Positions 7,855 to 13,067 of a stretch of DNA of 13,472 nucleotides are shown piece after piece. Within the stretch, counting starts at the first letter, position 1; every line of letters starts with the position of its first letter. The stretch lies in NCBI GenBank assembly GCA_016845225.1, contig JAERTB010000015.1, positions 1-13,472 of the forward strand. Direction: 5' to 3'. Under the pieces are notes generated by a model. The model was given only the letters and a program-made list of their open reading frames with translations, was not told the origin of the DNA and made no database searches. The translations under genes and the position numbers were made by a program. This DNA comes from Candidatus Woesearchaeota archaeon. Lineage in GTDB: Archaea > Nanobdellota > Nanobdellia > SCGC-AAA011-G17 > UBA489.

Positions 7855-9068
7855 GAGTTAAATTATTTTTAATTAGTTTTTTATTGTTGACGGTTTCTGT
7901 TAGTGCACTTCCTTGTCAGGATGGACAAGAAAGAGTTTGCGGGGAATATGATTTAGGAATTTGTAGTTATGGAATTCAATATTGTGAAAATGGTCAGTGG
8001 AGTTTTTGTATGGGCCAGAAATTGCCTGAGGTTGAAGTATGCGGTGATGGATTGGATAATGATTGTGATGGTTATGAAGATGAGGGATGCGAATGTGTTT
8101 CTGGGGATTTTAGGGAATGTGGAAATTTTACTTCCGTAGGTATATGTGAAAAAGGTAAAGAATATTGTGTTGATGGAGAATGGTCTGGAGATTGTTTGAA
8201 TGCTACTTTGCCAGATGCTGAAAAATGTGGAGCTCAGGGAACTGGTGATGGATTGGATAATGATTGCGATGGTTCTGTTGATGAAGATTGTGCATTGGGT
8301 GCAGGGGGAGTTCCATTACATTGTACTGATAGAGTAAAGAACGAGGATGAAACGGGTGTTGATTGTGGGGGCTCTTGCAATGAATGCAATGATTGCAACG
8401 ATGGAATTTTAGAGTTGGATGAAAAGAAAACTTCTATAGATTTGGGCGCAGGAGTAATAAGTGATTGTGGAGGACTGAACTGTCCTAAATGTCCGACATG
8501 TAATGATAAGGTTAAAAATCAAGGCGAAGAGGATGTAGATTGTGGAGGTCCTTGTCCTGCAAAATGTTATGATCCTACTTTGGGTGATGAAGATGGTGAC
8601 GGATTAATTTATTCTGAAGAATTATTGAAAGGAACTAATCCTAAAAATGCAGATAGTGATGGCGATGGATTAAAAGATGGAGTAGATAAATTGCCGTTAT
8701 GTCCAAATTCTATATGTGGTAAGGGAGAGACTGAAGATAATTGTCCTCAAGATTGTAAATCTGAAAGTTCTGGAAGCGGAGTTTTAGTAGTAGTTATGAT
8801 TTTAGTTCTTTTATTTTTTGGAGTAATATTATTCTTTTATTTTAATATGAAATCTTCTTCAAAGAATGTTAAAAAGAAAAGTTTAGGGGGTTTTTCAGAT
8901 TTGGAAAGTTATGTTCCTAAGAGAGAAAATGTGAAAAAAAGACTTCAACAAAGAAATTTCCCAAGAACTTATGTTCGTGGTTCAAGTAGGGGCGCAAAAG
9001 CTAAGCAAAAAGAAACAGATATTGAGAAAAAATTAAGAAAAGCTGTTGAAGATATTAATAAAAAATAA
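7851..9068 (+). CDS. Cys-rich modular type-I surface protein: 2x MopE-like CGDGLDNDCDG repeats, 2x DCGG-x-C modules, thrombospondin type-3-like Ca-binding repeats, TM anchor and basic tail
   Basis: 405 aa. The ATG overlaps the upstream stop (ATGA at 7851-7854). The signal peptide is LFLISFLLLTVSVSA. I count about 32 Cys in a ~290-aa ectodomain. Two ~60-aa repeats end in GDGLDNDCDG-x3-DE-x-C. Two modules read C-x-D-[RK]-VKN-x-[DG]-E-x2-VDCGG-x-C. The TSP3-like stretch is DEDGDGL...NADSDGDGLKDGVD. The motif CGKGETEDNCPQDC precedes the TM (VLVVVMILVLLFFGVILFFYF), which is followed by a Lys/Arg-rich tail. Confidence 0.85.
   Translation: MRVKLFLISFLLLTVSVSALPCQDGQERVCGEYDLGICSYGIQYCENGQWSFCMGQKLPEVEVCGDGLDNDCDGYEDEGCECVSGDFRECGNFTSVGICEKGKEYCVDGEWSGDCLNATLPDAEKCGAQGTGDGLDNDCDGSVDEDCALGAGGVPLHCTDRVKNEDETGVDCGGSCNECNDCNDGILELDEKKTSIDLGAGVISDCGGLNCPKCPTCNDKVKNQGEEDVDCGGPCPAKCYDPTLGDEDGDGLIYSEELLKGTNPKNADSDGDGLKDGVDKLPLCPNSICGKGETEDNCPQDCKSESSGSGVLVVVMILVLLFFGVILFFYFNMKSSSKNVKKKSLGGFSDLESYVPKRENVKKRLQQRNFPRTYVRGSSRGAKAKQKETDIEKKLRKAVEDINKK
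8043..8073 (+). repeat. Copy 1 of a 31-nt intragenic direct repeat (encodes GDGLDNDCDG)
   Basis: ggtgatggattggataatgattgtgatggtt matches 8244-8274 at 30 of 31 positions. Confidence 0.9.
8244..8274 (+). repeat. Copy 2 of the 31-nt intragenic direct repeat (encodes GDGLDNDCDG)
   Basis: ggtgatggattggataatgattgcgatggtt carries a single synonymous Cys-codon difference (tgt/tgc) from copy 1. Confidence 0.9.
9060..9065 (-). terminator. Oligo-T (T6) tract immediately downstream of tRNA-Gly, embedded in the last Lys codons of the plus-strand CDS
   Basis: After the tRNA 3' end the minus strand reads CTTATTTTTTATT. Archaeal termination typically uses oligo-T. Confidence 0.4.
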
Positions 9069-9069
9069 G

Positions 9070-9141
9070 TGCGCGGGCCGGGATTCGAACCCGGATCAAG
9101 AGCTTGGAAGGCTCCTATGCTAGCCATTACACTACCCACGC
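9070..9141 (-). tRNA. tRNA-Gly (anticodon UCC)
   Basis: The reverse complement is GCGTGGGTAGTGTAATGGCTAGCATAGGAGCCTTCCAAGCTCTTGATCCGGGTTCGAATCCCGGCCCGCGCA. It has a 7-bp acceptor stem (one G-U) and an anticodon stem GGAGC/GCTCT. The anticodon loop is CTTCCAA (U33, UCC, A37). The T arm is CCGGG-TTCGAAT-CCCGG and the discriminator is A. No CCA is encoded. Confidence 0.93.
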
Positions 9142-9166
9142 TTGGTTCAAATTGTATAATGTTTTG

Positions 9167-9174
9167 TTTTTAAA
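9167..9174 (-). promoter_or_regulatory. TATA box (TTTAAAAA) for tRNA-Gly
   Basis: The minus-strand TTTAAAAA spans -33 to -26 relative to tRNA-Gly position 1 (9141), the canonical archaeal spacing. Confidence 0.5.
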
Positions 9175-9194
9175 GATTTCTGAAGAAATTGATT

Positions 9195-9199
9195 AAAAA
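9195..9199 (-). terminator. Oligo-T (T5) tract 1 nt after the tRNA-Arg 3' end
   Basis: After the discriminator the minus strand reads G-C-TTTTT-AATC. Confidence 0.45.
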
Positions 9200-9200
9200 G

Positions 9201-9296
9201 CGGACCTGGAAGGATTTGAACCTTCGACCTACAGCTTAGGAGGTTCGACCCATTGTTCTATGGTCTGTCGCTCTATCCAAGCTGAGCTACAGGCCC
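9201..9296 (-). tRNA. tRNA-Arg (anticodon CCU) interrupted by a 21-nt non-canonical BHB intron at position 30/31
   Basis: The reverse complement is GGGCCTGTAGCTCAGCTTGGATAGAGCGACAG[ACCATAGAACAATGGGTCGAA]CCTCCTAAGCTGTAGGTCGAAGGTTCAAATCCTTCCAGGTCCG. The acceptor stem is GGGCCTG/CAGGTCC, the D stem GCTC/GAGC and the T arm GAAGG-TTCAAAT-CCTTC. After intron removal the anticodon stem is ACAGC/GCTGT and the loop is CTCCTAA. Confidence 0.85.
9244..9264 (-). other. tRNA-Arg intron (21 nt) with an hBHBh' splicing motif
   Basis: Outer helix GAG/CTC; bulge AAC; central 4-bp helix CGAC/GTCG; bulge AGA; inner helix CCAT/ATGG closed by AGAACA. Cutting after the second nucleotide of each bulge gives exactly the exon junction that restores the anticodon stem. 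Confidence 0.8.
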
Positions 9297-9411
9297 AGTT
9301 TTTTTTGAAGTTTTTTCATTCGTTTGTTCTTAATTGGATTTTTTAAGACCATATATTTTATGAGTGGTTAGTCTTTATTAAATTTCCCTCACTATCTACG
9401 CGGATAGAATT

Positions 9412-9437
9412 AAAAAATAAAAAGAGAAGACTCTTTT
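9412..9437 (-). terminator. Hairpin plus oligo-T terminator after the PIN-ATPase-KH gene
   Basis: The minus strand reads AAAAGAG-TCTT-CTCTTTT (7-bp stem overlapping the stop codon), followed directly by TATTTTTT. Confidence 0.5.
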
Positions 9438-11217
9438 AAGCCTTTACTTCTATTTTTCTTTTCTTCTTCAATGCCTTACTAATGTCCTTTCCTTGAAGAC
9501 TATTTTTGTTGATTTTTACTTCGCCTTTTTTGCTAGAAATTGCAGAGGTAATAAACTTATTTCCTGCATAAACTTCTATTGAAGTTCCAGGACTTACACA
9601 AAAGATATAGTTTTTTTTATTTTCTTCCAAATCAAACTCAATTTGATTCTTTTCTTCTTTGAGTTCTCTTATATCTATACTCATCCCTAAATCTTTTTCA
9701 CACTTAGTGATATTCTTTCCTGCTTGTCCGATTATTTTAGAAATCTTACTTTCTGGAACATAAACCACTGCCTTGTTTGTACTTAAAACTTCTACTTGAA
9801 CAAATTTAGAGTACTTTGAAAAGAAATTTTCTATTTCTTTTTCTGCAAGTTTTAATGCACCTGAACTTTTAGTTGAAGTTTTAGAAACGGGAATTACTAC
9901 AGTTTGTTCTCCATATGTGTAAATTTCGTAATCTAAGTTATTTGTTAATTCATCTCTTACTTCTACTACTGGTCTTGCAAGATCTGACTCAGTCATTCCA
10001 CTTGGAACTTTAACTAACATCTTTAGATTTAGGACTTTTTTTATTTCTCCTCCTTCCATGAAAATGATTGTGTCTACTACACTGGGAATCATTCCAATAT
10101 CCAATCTTGAAATAAATCTTTGTACTGCATCAATCGCTTGTGCTGCATGTAATACTCCTATCATATTTGATCCTGCCAACCTTAAATCAGTGTATAGTTG
10201 GAAATCTGGAGTTGAACGCATTTCATCAAATAAAATGTTATCTGGTCTTGATAAGAATAAGATGTCATGAATTTCTCCTTCTCCTGTAAAATTTTTAGAA
10301 TACTGTGTTACTGCGTCAGGCAGTTGTAAATCTCTAGGAGATTCAATTGTTTTTACAATCCTTCTATCATTTACGTACCATTCTGCAATTGCTTGTGCTA
10401 GTGTTGTTTTTCCTGAACCAGTTTCTCCACAAATTACAATCCCTCTTGCCTGATTTTCTATTTTGTTTGCTAAGTTTTCTGGAATTTTATATTCAGAAAT
10501 ATCTAATTTTTTAATTGGATGAACTATTGTGATTTCCCATCCGTCAGATACAGGAGGTCTTACTATCACAACTCTTAAGTTCCTGTATTGAACTACTGTT
10601 GTGCAACGTTTAGAAATTTCTGTATAAGAATTAGGATCTATTTTTGTTTTTTCAATTATTTCTTTTGCAAATTCTTGAATTTCTTCCCCTGTTAAGGTTT
10701 CTTTAGAAACTTGAATTAAATTTACTTCTCCGGGTTTTCCTTTTTTTGCTAAAATTGGATTTCCTTCTTTGATGTGAAGAGACAATGTTTCATTATCAAT
10801 GTATTTTTGTATACTTAGTTCTTTATCATATTTGGATACTTCAACAAATTCCACTAGAATTCCCAACGCTTTTGCAGACTCTGCTTGGACTTTATCTGCA
10901 GTAATTAATATGGAATTGTTTTTATCTGCTAAATCTCTGATATATGCATCAATTTCTCCAGATTTTGCATGTTTAATTTGGTGATCTGAAGGTCTTTCTC
11001 CGACGAATTCTAATTCTATTTTTTTATTATTTCTTAATTCTTGAATTTCTTCTAATCCTATTAATCCAATTTCTTTCCCTCTGTTTGCTTGGTTTTCTAA
11101 TTCTGCTATAACTGCATGAGGAATTAGTATTTTTCCTGTTTTGAGAGATTTATCCTTAAGCTTTCTAGTTGGTATCTTTTCAATTATTGCTGAGGTGTCT
11201 ATTACGTATGTTTTCAT
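9436..11217 (-). CDS. PIN domain / PilT-like ATPase / KH domain protein (archaeal COG1855-type PINc-domain ATPase)
   Basis: 593 aa. The N-terminal PIN domain carries acidic residues in the expected contexts (VIDTSA, AELE, EIDAYIRD, ITADK). The Walker A motif is GETGSGKTT, Walker B-like is ILFDEMR, and VLHA is also present. The C-terminal KH domain has a GxxG loop (IIGQAGKNI). The SD GGAG lies 5 nt upstream of the ATG. Confidence 0.88.
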   Translation of the reverse strand: MKTYVIDTSAIIEKIPTRKLKDKSLKTGKILIPHAVIAELENQANRGKEIGLIGLEEIQELRNNKKIELEFVGERPSDHQIKHAKSGEIDAYIRDLADKNNSILITADKVQAESAKALGILVEFVEVSKYDKELSIQKYIDNETLSLHIKEGNPILAKKGKPGEVNLIQVSKETLTGEEIQEFAKEIIEKTKIDPNSYTEISKRCTTVVQYRNLRVVIVRPPVSDGWEITIVHPIKKLDISEYKIPENLANKIENQARGIVICGETGSGKTTLAQAIAEWYVNDRRIVKTIESPRDLQLPDAVTQYSKNFTGEGEIHDILFLSRPDNILFDEMRSTPDFQLYTDLRLAGSNMIGVLHAAQAIDAVQRFISRLDIGMIPSVVDTIIFMEGGEIKKVLNLKMLVKVPSGMTESDLARPVVEVRDELTNNLDYEIYTYGEQTVVIPVSKTSTKSSGALKLAEKEIENFFSKYSKFVQVEVLSTNKAVVYVPESKISKIIGQAGKNITKCEKDLGMSIDIRELKEEKNQIEFDLEENKKNYIFCVSPGTSIEVYAGNKFITSAISSKKGEVKINKNSLQGKDISKALKKKRKIEVKA

Positions 11218-11262
11218 TTTTACTCCGAAACCCTTTAAAAGGGCGATTTGTTATGTTATAGT

Positions 11263-11316
11263 GTACTAGATATCAAATTTAATAGGTAAATTAGGTAAAA
11301 ATTAGGTATCTAGTAC
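11263..11316. promoter_or_regulatory. 10-bp perfect inverted repeat (GTACTAGATA / TATCTAGTAC) enclosing three phased TAGGTA direct repeats; candidate operator/promoter region of the PIN-ATPase gene
   Basis: The arms are at 11263-11272 and 11307-11316. TAGGTA occurs at 11283, 11292 and 11303 (spacing 9 and 11 nt). On the minus strand the enclosed region contains a T5 tract and a TATTAAAT TATA-like box. Confidence 0.4.
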
Positions 11317-11340
11317 GTTGGTTTTATGTTTTTTAAAGGT

Positions 11341-12054
11341 TTAGTATTTTCTAAAGAAGACTAAGAATGCAGTATGCCCTAACATTTGATGATTTGGCCT
11401 ACAAACTTTATCTTTTACAGTCCATTCTCTTTCTAGAGTTTCTGATACTTTTTCTAGAATGAAATTATGTTCCTTTGAATTTCTAATTAATTCATGAACT
11501 TGGGTTATGCTTGGAAGATAACAAACTAAATAGGCTCCCGATTTTAAGGACTTATAGGCATGTTTTAGGATTGGTCCTGGTTCTGGAAGATCAAGAGTGA
11601 TTAAATCTAAATTTATTTCCTTTATTCCTTCGGAAATATCTTGATTTTTAATTTTAGCCTTAGAGCCTAATTTTTTTAAGTTTGATTTTGAGATTTCATA
11701 ATGTTTTTTTACTATTTCATATGTTGTAACATTATCTGTAATGTTTGAAAGATATGCTGCAAGAATGCCTGAACCTGAACCTGCATCAACAATTTTACTT
11801 TTAGAATTAATTCCTGTAGTTGCAATTATGGTTCCAATATCTTTAGGAATAATTGTTGCGGGGCCCCTTTTTAGATCTTGAATTTTATCTGGAAATTGGG
11901 CTTCAAATTTGTGCAATACTTTTCCTAAATTTGTTGAAACTGTTGAACAGTTTTTTTTAATTTCTTTCTCTGTTATAGATCCCTCTTCAATATGTAGGTC
12001 TCCGGATTCCCAGTAATGCCTTTTGTTTTTTTTATCAATTATTATTTTGCTCAT
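11341..12054 (-). CDS. trmI: tRNA (adenine(57/58)-N1)-methyltransferase TrmI (Gcd14 family)
   Basis: 237 aa. The SAM motif is VDAGSGSGILAAYL. DLITLDLPEP matches the TrmI/Gcd14 LDLP-x-P motif. The YLPSITQVHEL and C-terminal RPNHQMLGHTAFLVFFRK blocks are typical of the family. An ATGA overlap links it to the upstream hydrolase gene. Confidence 0.85.
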   Translation of the reverse strand: MSKIIIDKKNKRHYWESGDLHIEEGSITEKEIKKNCSTVSTNLGKVLHKFEAQFPDKIQDLKRGPATIIPKDIGTIIATTGINSKSKIVDAGSGSGILAAYLSNITDNVTTYEIVKKHYEISKSNLKKLGSKAKIKNQDISEGIKEINLDLITLDLPEPGPILKHAYKSLKSGAYLVCYLPSITQVHELIRNSKEHNFILEKVSETLEREWTVKDKVCRPNHQMLGHTAFLVFFRKY

Positions 12055-12884
12055 TTTATGAATTTTAATATTTCTTCGTATGCTTTTTTTCTATGTTTAT
12101 CTAATATAAATACATGGTATGATTCTGGAATTGTAACTAATTTTTTTGTTTTGCTTTTAGAATTGTTTAATATATATTTTCCGCTGCTTTTGTCTACCAC
12201 AGTATCATTCTTAGTTTGAACTATTAATAGTGGCTTCTTTATGTTTTTGATGCTTTTTTTGGATAGTTTGATTACTTTTAGTAAATGTCCCAGAGAAATT
12301 AAAGGAATAGAATTATAGCAAACTCTTTTTTTGTTAATATTTTTTATTCCTTTTTTATATTTCTTTTTTTGAAATAGTTTGATTCTTTTTAATATAGGAA
12401 TGACAAAAAATCTATTTATTTTTTCTCTTTTGAAATGAATTGGAGTTCCTAATGTGACGATTCCTTTAATTTTTTTAGATTTGTTTGAAGAAACTAATGC
12501 GAGATTTCCTCCAAATGAATTTCCAATTAAATAAATTTTATTACAAGTTTTTTCTAATACTTTGATCGCTTCATCTACTGCCTCTATCCATTGATAGTAT
12601 TTAGTTACAACTAATCTTTCTGGAGAGGTTCCATGTCCAGGTAAAAGGGGAGTATAAACTGTAATGTTCTTTTTTGTTAATATTTTTCCTAGTTCTTCAA
12701 ATTCTTTAGGACTACTTGTAAATCCGTGTAGAAGTAATGCTCCAGTTTTTCCTTTTTTAGAATAGTATGATTCAGCACCTTTCATAATTTTTATTGGATT
12801 TTTATTGTGTCTTTTAATTAAGAAGAAATTTATCTCTGTATAAATTCTTAACAATGCGAAAAATCCTATGATGTACTCTATCAT
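12051..12884 (-). CDS. Alpha/beta-fold hydrolase (carboxylesterase / lysophospholipase-like, Est/COG1647-like)
   Basis: HG oxyanion motif LLLHGFTSSPKEF, nucleophile elbow GNSFGG (G-x-S-x-G), a later Asp (KNDTVVD) and a C-terminal His (ESYHVF), in catalytic-triad order. A Lys-rich cap insertion is present. The first 33 aa are hydrophobic and may form an anchor. M34 (ATG at 12785) is an alternative start. Confidence 0.78.
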   Translation of the reverse strand: MIEYIIGFFALLRIYTEINFFLIKRHNKNPIKIMKGAESYYSKKGKTGALLLHGFTSSPKEFEELGKILTKKNITVYTPLLPGHGTSPERLVVTKYYQWIEAVDEAIKVLEKTCNKIYLIGNSFGGNLALVSSNKSKKIKGIVTLGTPIHFKREKINRFFVIPILKRIKLFQKKKYKKGIKNINKKRVCYNSIPLISLGHLLKVIKLSKKSIKNIKKPLLIVQTKNDTVVDKSSGKYILNNSKSKTKKLVTIPESYHVFILDKHRKKAYEEILKFIK

Positions 12885-12894
12885 TTTAGTATTC

Positions 12895-12978
12895 TGTGGG
12901 TGCTAGGGTTCGAACCTAGGTAGGCACTAAGCCAATGGATTTTGAGTCCATCCCGTTTGACCACTCCGGCACACCCAC
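12895..12978 (-). tRNA. tRNA-Leu (anticodon CAA), class II with long variable arm
   Basis: The reverse complement is GTGGGTGTGCCGGAGTGGTCAAACGGGATGGACTCAAAATCCATTGGCTTAGTGCCTACCTAGGTTCGAACCCTAGCACCCACA. The acceptor stem is GTGGGTG/CACCCAC and the anticodon stem is ATGGA/TCCAT. The loop is CTCAAAA (U33, CAA, A37). It has a 15-nt variable arm and a T arm CTAGG-TTCGAAC-CCTAG. The discriminator is A and no CCA is encoded. Confidence 0.92.
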
Positions 12979-12998
12979 ATATATTTAATTTTTTGAAG

Positions 12999-13011
12999 AT
13001 TTATTATTAAA
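12999..13011 (-). promoter_or_regulatory. TATA-like element (TTTAATAATAAAT) for tRNA-Leu
   Basis: It spans about -33 to -21 relative to tRNA-Leu position 1 (12978) on the minus strand. Confidence 0.35.
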
Positions 13012-13037
13012 CCTTATGTTTTTGATTTATCAAAAAC

Positions 13038-13047
13038 TTTATAAATA
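13038..13047 (+). promoter_or_regulatory. TATA box (TTTATAAATA) for the downstream surface-protein gene; predicts a leaderless mRNA
   Basis: The box centre is about 26 nt upstream of the ATG at 13068, with no SD in between. It is preceded by an A-rich BRE-like CAAAAAC. The 10-mer is the same as at 5227-5236. Confidence 0.45.
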
Positions 13048-13067
13048 AAATTAGGGTTGTAAATTAT

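Noticed and set aside
9201-9296. Reading the long tRNA as an intron-less or canonical-intron tRNA (for example using the CAT in ...GACCATAGA... as a Met/Ile anticodon)
   Set aside because: That register lacks U33, gives an A-G mismatch closing the anticodon stem, and has no BHB at 37/38. The 30/31 intron model gives a perfect stem, a proper loop and a full hBHBh' motif.
9297-9435. Possible small ncRNA (C/D-box sRNA) or mini-ORF in the 139-bp spacer between the PIN-ATPase stop and tRNA-Arg
   Set aside because: I found no RUGAUGA/CUGA box pairs on either strand. The only ORF is about 21 codons and runs into the tRNA. The GC-rich hairpin CTATC-TACGCG-GATAG (9392-9407) is only 5 bp. The region is better explained as terminator plus tRNA promoter/leader, with an ATAAAATATAT box at 9351-9361.
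10058-10984. Two plus-strand ORFs (10058-10270 and 10799-10984)
   Set aside because: Both are antisense to the well-supported PIN-ATPase-KH gene, across the Walker B/His-box and PIN regions respectively, and carry no independent signals.
11231-11243. Palindrome CCCTTTAAAAGGG as an RNA hairpin terminator
   Set aside because: The loop would be about 1 nt, so the hairpin is sterically implausible. It also sits between the putative promoter and the SD of the PIN-ATPase gene. If functional, it is more likely a DNA-level site or a TTTTAAA TATA-like element, and I did not call it as a feature.
12016-12219. 67-aa plus-strand ORF spanning the trmI/hydrolase junction
   Set aside because: It is antisense to two motif-supported genes that overlap by ATGA. 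Its product is Phe/Leu/Asn-rich and it is a shadow ORF.
9070-13011. tRNA genes as integration sites of a mobile element or genomic island
   Set aside because: There is no integrase, recombinase or transposase ORF. I saw no duplicated tRNA 3' fragment (att-like direct repeat) and no compositional break. The flanking genes are housekeeping.
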